NCBI RefSeq assembly: GCF_001447785.1
Contig: NW_015164185.1
Coordinates: 1,194,928 to 1,258,927 of the forward strand
Reading direction: 5' to 3'
Length of the DNA stretch: 64,000 nucleotides
Origin: Gekko japonicus
Taxonomy: Eukaryota
The first letter of the stretch is position 1. Each line of letters opens with the position of its first letter. This document shows positions 1 to 11,921 of this stretch, in pieces. Both the position numbers and the translations under genes were made by a program. The notes beneath the pieces are model-generated. The model was not told where the DNA came from, did not search any database, and worked only from the letters and a program-made list of their open reading frames with translations.

Positions 1-1852
1 TCCTGTTATGGTTGGAGAGTGCAGAGGTAAGCTGAATTTCATGGGATGCTTTCTCTTTGAGCCTCACTAGATTGGTCAGAGCTCCTATTGGCCAAATGGT
101 CCACATTCAAGGAGCCAGCAATACTTCAGTTATACCTACAACTGTCTCTTCCGTTCATGTGCTCACCATATCGTGTCAAAAAGAAGTTTACTTTTACATA
201 TACATATGAAGCAAAGTTTAAGCAAGGTTTAGTAATTCCTTTTTTTTTATAGTAATTCCTAATCACTACAGTTCCATCTTCATCCACACTATCGCATGTT
301 GCTTCAAGCAACATTTTCTATTCTAATTATTACTTTGTGTAAACGGTTTCTCAGTTATCCAGGAAATCATGCAAGAGGTTCTTCATAGACACCTTGGCCA
401 GGTTTCTGAACCTGTTTTTTTCCCCTCTAGCATTCAGATATTTACCTTCAAGTATTTTAGTATTTTTGTTATATCTGGACAGATATAACTACAACTAGCA
501 AATTACTTTCTCAGATCATCTCACACCTTTGCGTATTACATAGTTCTCATCTTCCTTTCTTCAGTTGTGACTTCTGAGCTCTTTAAATTCTATAACCAAC
601 TTCTGTTTTGGGCATAGGATGGGGTCTCTCATTTGTGAGAGAAGAGGCTACTGGCAGTGAGAAAGAGGATTTCTAGACCAAGGCACAGTTGATAAACATT
701 TACTTATTGCAAGCCAATGTAGTATTGCTAGCAAGTTGAACGTAGACTTAGAAGACATGAGTTTAAATGTGAGCTTGCACACAAAGCTCACTGAATGATC
801 TTGGGCTAGTCACCAACTCTCAGCTTAACCCAATTCACAAAGCTGTTGTGCGAATAAAAGCTGTGGTGTGGGGAATCTTTGCTTACCATGCTGAGCATTT
901 GGCAAGAGGAGTACTGGTATAATAAATAATACATTGTCATTATCATAATAGGGATATCAGAGCTGAATAGTCTTTCAACATCTTCTTTGACGCTAAAACT
1001 CCACATCACAGACTGCTACTCTACAAGTAGCCCTACAGATATCAATTGCCATCATATTTATTAGTTGTTTCTCTTCATTTGAACAAGTGAATCATCTCTT
1101 GGCTTCGGAAAGACTCCTGAGTCAATCTAAGCCACGCCTATACTGACTCATATTTTACTACTGTAATTTAAAGCACAACCATAGATTATCCTGTTCCAGA
1201 TTACTAATTTATAATTACTATGACTAATGTATTTAACCCAGTTTATATTGATTAGTGTACAAAAATGAAAAAAAAATCCATACAAGCTGCTTTACTGGAG
1301 CACCTTTGTGCAATCTACCACCAGATATAAAAATTGGAATTATTGCTAATCAAAAAACGTGCCAACAATTTTGGGCTTAGCCTAGACAAAGAAAGACATG
1401 CCATGGGCCCCAGGGCTGGAGGCCATGCCTGAATAGTTATCTGTTGCTGAAGAGAGACCAGCCAGTGCAGAACTGCAGGAGCCCTGCTCTGAATGGAAAA
1501 GGAAGAGTGAGGGTCATAGAGAGAGGAGGCAGGAGAGGTGAGAAACAGAAAAGAGGAATTTCTTTCTTGTCCTTCCTCCCTGCCCTGAAGCTTTGGGTGG
1601 CTCCAGAGTAGTGAATATGAACCTTGCAAGGGAAGTAGACATTGAAATTACCATACTGCAAGGAACCACATTGAAATTACCATGTTGCAATGAACCATCT
1701 GGTCTCTGTCTGAATCCTTGTTCTAATGTCAAGATAAAATCAAAGCCAGAAGCCAAAACTGTCTACCACCCCACATATACAGATAACAGGTATGTTCACA
1801 ACTTGTTTTGCCAAAGGGAATTAATTTGTCTAACCGCTGTCTAATAAAGAGA

Positions 1853-2233
1853 CTTCAGGTGGGCAGCCGTGTGGGTCTGAAGCAGCAGAACAAAGTTTGA
1901 GTCCAGTGGCACCTTTATTCAAAGTGTAAGCTTTTGTGTGCACACACACTTCTTCAGATATCTTGAATAAAACTTTGTGGGTCTTAAAGGTGCCACCGGA
2001 CTCAAACTTTGTCCTGCTGCTTCAGACCAACACGGCTGCCCCACCTGGATCTATCTTCATGGAGGGCACTGCATTAAGCTGCTCAGAATGGAAATCCATC
2101 AACCTCACAAAAAATCTTTCACAGGTAGAGACTGATATTTCCTTGTATCTGAGGAAGTGTGCATGCACACGAAAGCTTATACCTTGAATAAAACGTCGTT
2201 GATCTTAAAGGTGTCACTGGACTGAAACTTTGT
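1853..2233. mobile_element. Penelope-like (Neptune-type) remnant: inverted plus tandem pLTR tails with ORF start
   Basis: 1853-1960 inverted relative to 1960-2070; MEGTALSCSEWKSINL ORF-start piece; 13-bp flanking repeat tctaataaagaga at 1840-1852 and 2234-2246. Confidence 0.75.
2145..2182 (+). ncRNA. Minimal hammerhead ribozyme motif (Neptune-type)
   Basis: GUAU-CUGAGGA-A-GUGUG(caug)CACAC-GAAA-GC-UU^-AUAC; palindromic AGCU stem III. Confidence 0.65.
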
Positions 2234-2771
2234 TCTAATAAAGAGATGTTAGAAAATGTCGTACTAAATTAATCACTCTGCATTTGATTAAAATATTACC
2301 TGCGCTTAAATTCCTAATAACATAGATCTTTGACAAACAGGGCAAGCAGTCAGGTCTGTGTTCATTAGTTAAGGAAGAGAAACGTTTGGGGGATATACAC
2401 TAATTGCCCATAGAGTTTGGGAGTACTGTGCTGATCAAGTAACAAGTACTCTGCCAAAAACAGAACTGGGCATTCATCCAGTTAAGGAAATTAAAAGAAA
2501 CTGAGAAGAGTGCTTGCCTGCCTGCAGGGTAGCTTGATTTTTATCTCAGCTAACTATTTTTTTTTTGGTAATATTATGCAATGAAGACTTGACCTTTTCC
2601 AAACATTTAAGCGTTCTTTAGAACACTGAAGCTAATATGCTGCATTGGGGCAACACCCAATTGTTGGCAACAAACAGATAGAACAGAAGAGATTAAGGAG
2701 CAAAAGGATCTGCAGGTGGTGTGAACCCTGAGCTGTTGAGGTAAAGTAACACACAAAAGTAATATGTTAGC

Positions 2772-3191
2772 CAGAGGTCATTTCCTGCAGGAGCACACAG
2801 GGGCGGAGCTCCGGCAGTAAAGAGCCCAGGGGGTGGGCACATGCAACAAGCCCCACCCCCTGCTCCCAGCAGCCCTCAGTCAGAGCAAGAAGCAGCCAGG
2901 TAAGTTGCAGAGACACCCCCCCCCGGCCCCCTGGTCCAAAACAGTCCAGTGGCACCTTTAAGACCAAGTTTTATTCAGGTACAAACTCTCCCTCCTCTGT
3001 GAGAGCAGATCTGCACATTCCCCCCCCCCCCATAGCTAGCAATCCAAAACAGTCCAGTGGAGCCTGAGCAGTGGGTGTTGCCTTCTGACACACCTCCGGT
3101 GATGTCAGGGGGTGTGGCATATGCAAATAAGATATGCTAATGAGTTATGCTGATGAGCTCCTGCACCTCTTTTTCTACTAAATGACCCCTG
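2772..3191. mobile_element. hAT-type MITE (CAGG/CCTG-type ends)
   Basis: TIR cagaggtcattt/aaatgacccctg; perfect 8-bp TSD atgttagc. Confidence 0.85.
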
Positions 3192-3229
3192 ATGTTAGCA
3201 ATAGCTACCACAGAGAGAGAGAGAGAGAC

Positions 3230-3264
<35 letters not shown>

Positions 3265-4173
3265 GAGTCAGGCCTTGACCCACTCCTCCCTTGGAAGGAT
3301 GAGTCTGGTAGCTTGGAAAAGGTGACACAGGCAACCTTCCCTCTCTTAACATCTCACAGGGTCACTCACCCTAGACTCTTCCCTAGTCTGCAAATGGGAT
3401 CAAAACAGGTCCTGCAATCACATGAAATGTGTGCCATTTCTCATAAAAGTCAGTAAAACTAGCCCATTCCCCCGCCTTGCCTTGCCTGGTTATCCTATGT
3501 GAGTCTATAGTCAAAACCGTTTTAATCCCAGAACACCCCTTTGTAATGATTTGCTATCCTAGCAATTAGAGTTCACCAAAAACACAATAGACATTTTCAG
3601 ATGGGAATTTCACAGGAATGTTACATTACATTTGCAAGCCCTGGGATTGCTGTGAAGCCTTCTTGCCAAGACACTTTGTTTCAGCTCTAACTAACACAAG
3701 CATTGTTCTAGGAGCAACTACGTCATGCTCCAATGGGTATAACCATCCACTCTCTGTTCAGTAGTGTATGTGCATTATCCGGACATCCACTAATTTTACA
3801 TCCCACACATGAAGTTGGGTAATTCTTCTCTGAGTGGACAACTGGTTCGTTGCACTCATCTTTCTCCCCGAATCTCTGTTCTGGAATAGTCCCATGTAAA
3901 ATAAGTTCCCTTCTTGTCTCTATAAGCTACTATCTTTATTTTCTGAACTTTTATGTGTTTTTAGAGTTCTCTTCGATTAATAAGTTTGATTTTATTCTTT
4001 AATAAAATCCATTTCAATAATTAAGGCTTTGTTCATTTTGAGAGTTCTTTTGAGGGGAAAATCCCTGTAAACACAGGTGGAGATCCTGCTGTCCCCTCAC
4101 ATTGCTTGGGTCTCCTTCCTAATTCCCCAACATACTCAGGAGACCCTCACAACCACTTAGGGCTTAGGGTAAC

Positions 4174-4177
<4 letters not shown>

Positions 4178-4220
<43 letters not shown>
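4178..4220. repeat. (GA)n microsatellite
   Basis: Perfect dinucleotide run; compound (GA)/(GACA) also at 3211-3267 and (CA)n at 56230-56260. Confidence 0.95.
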
Positions 4221-4224
<4 letters not shown>

Positions 4225-4371
4225 AAACAACAGTCTAGATCTTGAGCAAAGCCAGACACTAAATTGCCTTCTTTGTCTTCCATATACTGTGCTATATGCC
4301 AGATACTATCTATGTTATGCAACAACTGTGACTGTAGGTGTGCCCACATCCCAACTTTCAAGGAGAATCAG

Positions 4372-5045
4372 CATTAAGAAGAGCCCTGCTGGGTCTAGGG
4401 CTGCCAAGTCGATCTTCTACCGGAGCGGGGGGCTCCCGGCCGCCTTCTGGTGTGTGTGCGTGCGCCCCGCATGCACGTCACCCGGAAGTGACGTGATGAA
4501 GGCAGGCACACTGGGGGCAGGGCCATGGCCATACGAGGGAAAACCATAGAGTTTTCCCTCGGATTGCCGTGTCCCCGCCCCTAGCGTGCCCCACGTGGTC
4601 GTGTCACTTCCGGGTGACACGCACATCGGGGTGGAGTTCCCCCGGGGGCCCGATCCGGCGGCAGCGGGGAACGGGCCTCTGGGGTGGGGGTTTCCCCGCC
4701 CCCCGGGGGGACTTGGGAAGCCTAGCTGGGTCAGAGCAATAGTTCATCTAGTCCAGCATCCTATCTCACACAGTGGCCAACCAGTTCCTCTGGATGGGCA
4801 AGAGCAGGGCATAGAGGTCGAGGCCTTCCCCTGATGCTGCCTCTGGGCTCTGGGATTCAGAGGCTTAGTGCCTCTGAATATGGAGGTTCCACTCAGTCAC
4901 CATGGCTAGTAGCCATTAATAGACTTATACTCCATGAATCGATCTAATCCCCTTTCAGAGCTGTTTATTCCTGTGGCCATCACTACATCCTCTGTCGGCG
5001 AATTCCATATTTTAAACACTCTCTGTGTAAAGTAGTATTATATTG
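4372..5045 (-). mobile_element. CR1 LINE 3' fragment, split by a MITE
   Basis: catctagtccagcatc...cagtggccaacc...catggctagtagcca reverse-strand CR1 3' sequence. Confidence 0.7.
4396..4724. mobile_element. hAT-type MITE (TAGGG-TGCCA TIR) inserted in a CR1
   Basis: TIR tagggctgccaagtc/gacttgggaagccta; 8-bp TSD gctgggtc; internally palindromic, CpG-rich. Confidence 0.88.
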
Positions 5046-5974
5046 TCCTGCACTCCTCACCTTCCTTTAGAAGTTCCAGGGGCAATGCTTACCTGGGCTG
5101 GTTCCCTTTGGAGGCAAGAGAAATGTATGGCTGGGGGGGGGGGCATTTTTATGTACAAATGTACAAGAGTGTATTTGCACAAACAGAGAAACATCTACAC
5201 AACAGGAAGTCCTCACATCAGATACAGAGAGAGAGAGAGAGATCCTGCACTCTCAGGGTGCTTCAGCCAACCTACAAGAGACTCTTTCTGCCTCTCCCTT
5301 TGCCTTTCTCAGCATCTAAACTGCCGTTTCTTCACACAAGACATTTGCACGGTCCCTTTAGCAGGGTGGGGGGTAACTTCCTCCAAGCCCTGGTGGGTGC
5401 TCAGAGGGAATGTTTCATAAGAATTAAAGTCCATTGAGGAAATATTGTTAAGAAACATTCTCATTCCTTTATCATACTTCCCCTACGCATGCCACTTTAG
5501 ACCAAGCCCAATAGTAGAACAATTCACAGTAACCAGACCCAAATTCTGAACAATATGACTGAAAAGGGAGTAATTTTTCCCCTGCCCATAGTACAAGGGA
5601 AATGTTCGTCGACTTCACTTCCCACAGGAGGCTGTTTCACAACCTCAGAGTAACTTTGTAAAGGCCCTGCTTCAACTTTATGAGGTAAGGCAGTACTGAG
5701 TAGGGTGTTACCAAATTATCTTAAAAGGGAGAGGCTCATACTTATTTGTTTACTTCATTTATACCTCACTTTTCTCCCAAGTAGGGTCCCAAAGTGGCTT
5801 ATATCATTGTCTTCTCCATTTTATCCTCACAGCCTCTCTGTATTACCATACAGTGTATTACCATACAGGTTAGACTAAGAGTATGTGACTAGCCCAAGGT
5901 CGCCCAGCAAGCTTCCATGGAAGAGTGGGGATTCAAGCTTGGGTCTCCCAGATCCTCGCCTGAAACACTTAGAC

Positions 5975-6372
5975 CAGGGCTATTTTTGGGCAGGAACGCA
6001 CAGGAACGGAGTTCCGGCTGGCTCCCGAGTTGGCCACGCCCAGCAGGAACTCATTAGCATAACAGGCCACACCTAACAGCAGAAACTCATTAGGACTGGC
6101 TACATTAGGGGTGTGTGGCCTAACATGCAAAGGAGTTCCTGCTACAAAAAAACCCCTCTGGGTTTTGACAACAAACAAGGTAAACAGAATAAGAAGCAAA
6201 AGGTGGGTGTGGCTGGATGACCACACTTCTGGCAACATGGGGGTAAAGCCTAATGTGCTAATGAGCTGTGATGTCAGGGGTGTGGCCTAATATGCTAATG
6301 AGTTTCTGCTGTTGGGTGTGACCTATTATGCTAATGAGTTCCTGCTGGGCTTTTCCTACAAAAAGAGCCCTG
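5975..6372. mobile_element. hAT-type MITE(s), composite
   Basis: cagggctattttt...aaaaagagccctg ends; repeated ctcattagcat/atgctaatgag subterminal motifs. Confidence 0.65.
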
Positions 6373-6602
6373 AGGACTCTTCATTGCCAGCCACATGCCC
6401 AGCAATCCTAATGAAGGGAGGACCTAGTTTGAATATTGGTATTCAGGGTAAAGCTGCTAGAAGTCTGTTTGCCTCTCAGTTTAGAGCAGAGTCCCAAGGT
6501 AAGAACTTTAGCCATGTGATTGTTGTTGGAACTCAGGTCTGGATACTCATCCTTCATGGAATACTTCATCTTCCTAAGGTTGTGGCTGTTTGAGAATGGA
6601 AT
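6373..6602 (-). pseudogene. CKB: Processed pseudogene fragment of creatine kinase B (5' ~80 codons)
   Basis: (ATT)PFSNSHNLRKMKYSMKDEYPDLSSNNNHMAKVLTLGLCSKLRGKQTSSSFTLNTNIQT, frameshift, then PFIRIAGHVAGNEES; matches the CKB N-terminus MPFSNSHN...HPFIMTVGCVAGDEES; ATG mutated; no intron. Confidence 0.9.
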
Positions 6603-7299
6603 GGAGGACACCGGATTGCATGGAGCTGCAGCATCAGAGAAGCTGCAAGGCTAGCTCTTATTCCCCTTTCGTCTCTTCCAGCCCCATCACGCTCCCGGAA
6701 AATCCTGCCTGGAGAGGAAGTTTCATCCTTGTCCGACACTCTAACCACTGCACCGTGCTATACCACACCATAGGGGGATGGTATTTCCTTTTGACAGGCA
6801 ATGGGGCCATGTTCCTTTTCACTCTATTTATATTGGATTTCAAGAAGCTTCTTGAAATTTTCTGCAATGAACATGCTCCAGTGTCCCTCTCAGTTGTGAA
6901 CAGTAACCTTTATGTAGTTCAAAGGATAGTTCCAATAGTTGATGGCTTACTAGTTAGATCATGAACTCTTCAGAACGTTGCTTTATCTTTGTACATAACC
7001 TGCTCTATAGAGGTGATATAAAGGTTAGATTTATATATGCTTCTTTGAGTGCCACCAACAGCAAACCATTAAGTAATTTAAAAAAAATGTGATGAAAAAC
7101 TTAGTTATTTAGTTTTCTAGCCCACCCCATCCCAAAGGCTCTGGGCAGGAAACCAAAGCACACTTATGCCCTAAGCAAAACTTTAAAGCTTTTACTCTAG
7201 TGGCACAAAAAATAATTGCTTCAATACAGTGGCACAGGGACAAATTTATAACCAATAAAGGCATTTATGGCTGCGGGCACACAGAACATTAGCCACGCT

Positions 7300-8079
7300 A
7301 GAGAGACGGAAGATAGGCAGATTTTCCGGGTGCGATCTCACTGCCACATCTGGGAAGCGTAGGGCTCCCATGGCTCACCTGAGGCTTCCCGCCGAAGATG
7401 CGGGGTAAAAAACTAGTACCTCCGAGGTACTAGTTTCCGGTAACCGTGGGGCAAGGGCAGGCGTCTGATCGCATTTCCGGTGGCATCCGGCGCCCGCCCA
7501 TGTCCCCTTGCAAAAAGGTTTTTTTCCTCCAAGTCTCCATGGATGTGCACAAGCACCCAACGGAGCATGCACATACTTTGGTGTACAGAAAAAAACAAAC
7601 CCATTTGCCGCACCGCGCCGCTTCTTTGCCGCGCCCCAGGATTGTCCTGTGATCGGCACTTCCCCCCTACCCACGGGACCTCCACGGAACCTCCAGAGAG
7701 AGCCAGTTTGGTGTAGTGGCTAAGTGTGCGGACTCTAATCTGGGAGAACCGGGTTTGATTCCCCACTCCTCCACTTGCACCTGCTGATGTGACCTTGGGT
7801 CAGTCGCAAGCTCTGGCACAGCTGTCCTTGAAAAAGAGCAGTTTGTGTCAGAGTTCTCTCAGCCCCACCCACCTCACAGGGTGTCTGTTGTGGGGAGGGG
7901 AAGGGAAAGGAGATTGTAAGCCGCTCTGAGACTCCAAGTGAAGAGCGGGGTATAAAGCCAATCTCTTCTTCTTCTTCTTCCACGGGACGTCTGATCGCAC
8001 AACTGCACATTATTTTTCCCCGGGGCAAACAGCCACGCCTCCCCCCGCCCACGATATCCGGCCCATGTGACCGGGGCCT
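7300..8079. mobile_element. Same MITE family, left end degraded, containing a SINE
   Basis: Right end gatatccggcccatgtgaccggggcct matches 63071-63097. Confidence 0.6.
7697..7980 (+). mobile_element. tRNA-derived SINE with L2-like tail (Squam3-like)
   Basis: A box tggtgtagtgg, B box ggtttgattcc, (TTC)n tail. Confidence 0.8.
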
Positions 8080-8258
8080 ATGTAGAACAATTCAGCAATT
8101 GCTGAAAGTGCATCTGGAAGCAGAGTTAATTTGTAGATGCTGTTGGCTGGCATCCAAACATTTGTTAGGACAGAGGGGGGGGGGTTGGGGGGGGAGAATC
8201 TGGCTTTGCCTACCTTAAAATACTTACTTTATATACAGACTATCAGTACAATCCTACA

Positions 8259-8507
8259 TAGTGTTGCCTGGTCCCCCCTGGCCACTGGCAGGGGATGGGA
8301 GGGGGTAGAGTTGTCAGAGCCAGGCTGGGAAACTCCTGGAGATTTGGGGACGGAGCCTGGAGAGGACAGGGACCTTAGTGGGGTACAATGCCCTAGAGTC
8401 CACCCTCCAACGTATCCGTTTTCTCCAGGGAAATGGATCTCTGTGGTCTGGAGATGAGCTGTAATTCCAGGGGATCCCCATGTCCCCCCTGGAGGCTGGC
8501 ATCCCTA
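8259..8507. mobile_element. hAT-type MITE
   Basis: tagtgttgcc/ggcatcccta; TSD atcctaca/gtcctaca. Confidence 0.8.
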
Positions 8508-9273
8508 GTCCTACATAGTTCTACCCTTCTAAGTCCATTGACTTTAAAGGATGTAAGGACTGCTTAGGACTGCACAGTTAATTAGTAAAATAATATCACC
8601 ACACCTATCAGAACCAGGTAGTTTCAGCTATTCTGAGCAGAAAGGAGAAGGGCCACAACTCTGACCATGAAGCATTAAAAATCGCTTCTCTTTTGCTCCC
8701 TTCTCATACAGATCCTGTATTTCAGCTTAGCCTCTGAAGTGATCAGAGCAGAAACACCTGGCACAGGTATAAAGGTCCCAGGTCTGACACAGGAGTACAT
8801 TTGTGCTGGAGTCGGGATCCCATTCAAGAACCATCGCCACTGTTCCTGTTTGTTCTGCCACTCAAGTGAAAGGACTCTGGCTCTGGCATCCTCACAGCTA
8901 CTGGAGACTTACAAAGCTCAATGTAAGTGCGGTCATAGGAACTGCTACTTTAGATGGTAATAGGGTTTGCCTAAGAAGTGGAGCAGAACCAAACAACTTT
9001 GTCCTGCTGTCATTCTTGCCTTAGCAGGAATAGCACAAGGTGGAATCAGTAGCACACTGGAACAACAACAAGCTATTATAAACTGGGCTGTTTCAGATTA
9101 GATCAGACCTTGAAAGGAGAGGTCTCCAAATTAAGCAACAAAGAGTTCATTCATACATGCCTCTTAAGTTTCTGGCTATAATCCAGAGACGTTCCCTATG
9201 CGCACACTGTGGAGAAGCATAGCATACACATAGCCAGAAGTTTCTTTGGAGCTTCTGGTTTTTCCCCATACTT

Positions 9274-9547
9274 TTGTTGTTGTTGTTCAGTCGCACAGTC
9301 GAGTCTGACTCTTCACAACCCCATGGACAAGATCTCGCCAGGCCCTCCTGTCTTCTGCCGTCCTCTGAAGTTGGCTCAACTTCATGTTCGTTGCATCTAT
9401 GACACTGTCTAACCATCTCATCCTTTGCCGTCCCCGTCTTCTTTGACCTTCAATCTTTCCCAGCATCAGGGTCTTCTCCAGTGAGTGCTCCCTTCTCATT
9501 TGGTGGCCAAAGTATTTGAGCTTCAGTTTCATTATCTGGCCTTCCAG
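9274..9547 (-). mobile_element. BovB 3' fragment
   Basis: Near-identical to 31764-32033; (CAA)n tail; flanking cccatact repeat. Confidence 0.92.
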
Positions 9548-9818
9548 ATACTTCCCATACTGCTGATAGCCTAACCATCTGTTAAATGGAATTGTTGTGG
9601 CTTGCCTCTTCAGCAGATCAAGAAGCCAAGGTTCTTCCATGCCATCTCACAGCCTACATGTCACCACTGCTACCATATCCAGAACATTTTCCTCGGTTCC
9701 CAAATATCTATTATTGGATATGGTGTAAATTACAGCTAGGGACCAAGGCTTACACAAAGTCCTGTAGTAGCACAGTGAGATCTTGAACATTTTCCCCTTT
9801 GGAACACCCATCCACAGT

Positions 9819-10029
9819 TAGAGTTGCCAGCCTCCAGGTAGTGGCTGGCGATCTCCTGGGATTACAACTTATTTCCAGGTGACAGTTCACTTGGAGAAAA
9901 CAGTCATTTTGAAAGGTGGATTCTTCGACAGTATACCCCATTGAAGTCCCTCCCCTCCCCAAACATGCCTGCCTCAAGCTCCACCCCTAAAATCTCCAGG
10001 TATTTCTCGACCTGGAGCTGGCAGCCCTA
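9819..10029. mobile_element. hAT-type MITE
   Basis: tagagttgccagc/gctggcagcccta; TSD tccacagt/ttcacagt. Confidence 0.8.
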
Positions 10030-11663
10030 TTCACAGTAGCCCTGATCCCGTGCTACAGTGAACACATATACATCCTGCATGTATATGCATGTGCCTGTTT
10101 GTACAATACAGCCAAGATGTATTCACTTTACAAACAATATAGAGCCAATATGCATTCACTTTACAAACAGAACTTGGGACCACTCCCTGGAAAAATGTGG
10201 GACATAGATCATATGTTCAGCCGTACATGAACTGAATGTAACATGCTCGTATAAAGAAAAATCAAACATAGACTGTACATGGATTGTAACTCAGTGTAAC
10301 TTGTGAACAGGGCAAGTGTAGCCCACTTAAGTTTGAAAAGCACTTGGCCACGCAGAAGGAGCCATTGCAGAAAAACAAGGACAATGTTCCCTTGTTCCCA
10401 CAGAACTAGTTTCACCCTTCTCGGGGTCCTAGCTTCTATTTTCTAGTGGATTTGCTATCTCTCGGTCAACAATATATTTGGATGCGTACATAAGAAGAAA
10501 TCACATGCCGCCCATTGCCACTGACATAGAGCTGACCTTGGTTCTTTCCTGCTTTGTGTTTACCTTACAAAGAATAGTGAATGCAAACCTCTCTTTTCAT
10601 TACATTTTTCCCCCAAATCAGTCAGGAAAATGAAGTCAGTAGTTGTATTTCACAAACAGGAAAGTGACTTATCTTAATTGAATCTCTTGATTATTTTGGG
10701 TGTAAATGTCAGCTGGGTACACAGATTAAATGTACTATTTTGTTGTTCATTAAGGCTGAAATATATGCCATTGTGCTTTTAAATCATCGGCACCTGCTAT
10801 TTTAAGAACAAAGAATCTCTCTGCAAATTTAGACATAACTTTGGAATAATTCACAATATGTCTGAAAAATGCCACTTAGAAAGCATCAGCATTTTCCTTT
10901 GCATTTTGCTAAGGAGTAGACATAATTTTCCCACAGGCTGCAAAGTTCATGAAAAGTGGGATGGAGAGAGCAAAATGTACTTTTACACCAGCCCCAACTG
11001 CCCCTGTCTCTCGTGTCCTCATTTTCAGTTTAGATAAATTTAGCTATTGGAGGCTGGAAAAATCCATTCTGAAAAATGATAGCTGCAACATCTGAAGCTG
11101 TGCCATTAAGGAAAGTAGAAAGACTTAACTGCACAATCCTCCCCAACCTGCAACTTCTCTTTTGTTTAACTTTCCCATGAAGCTCCTTCAGCATGAAATC
11201 CAGTAACTGTGGGTAAGAATGAATAGTAAATGCCTTGCTTTGGGGTTTCATCAATCGAATCTCCCTGCAATCCAAATCCAAGGAGTGAAACTGACAAGAC
11301 TTTGAGGCCTTTAAAATTCAGGAGATGTATGGTGGAGCATTGCCTTAGAAAGAGGAGCTACATGTTTTTGAAAAAGGGAGAAATCTGTGAAACAGCAGGG
11401 GACATTGCTGCAAGACCAAAAGGTGTGCTTTTTACTTTTAAAAATTGTGTTCTCTGCCTGCAGGCAACCTAAACATACGTACAGAAAGGCATTTGGGCCA
11501 TTTGAAACTATTCCTCTCTCTACTGAATTATGAGTGTCAGTGATACATATACACCTGGCAGTACAGTATCCTAATGATAGCCTATAATGTGACCTTACGA
11601 CAGTCTTGAACACAACATGGCTGCACACAGAACTTGCCTGCTGGTCCAGTCCTTAAAAAAGAA

Positions 11664-11921
11664 GAGAAGAGATTGGATTGGATTGGATTCATACCCTGCC
11701 CTTCACTATCTGAAGGAGTCTCAGAGTGGCTTACAATCTCCTTTCCCTTCCCCTCCTTACAGCAGACACCCTGTGAGGTAGGTGGGGCTGAGAGAAACAG
11801 CTCTAAAACAGCTTGTAACTGACCCAAGGTCACACCAGCAGTTGCATGTGGAGGAGTGGGGAATCAAACCCGGTTCTCCCAGATTAGAGTCTATGTGCCT
11901 AACAACCACACCAAACTGGCA
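11664..11921 (-). mobile_element. Squam3-like SINE
   Basis: Reverse complement of the 7697-7980 family. Confidence 0.8.

Noticed and set aside
1630-1695. Short direct repeats (also 19846-19960 and 24157-24207) resembling a repeat-spacer array
   Set aside because: Only two units each in vertebrate DNA; ordinary slippage duplications, not CRISPR
3542-4173. Possible solo LTR (TG...CA with AATAAA); similar at 42618-43333
   Set aside because: No matching TSD, PBS or second LTR seen; too weak to call
7700-7770. tRNA-like A/B boxes (also 33900-33975)
   Set aside because: SINE heads with no full cloverleaf
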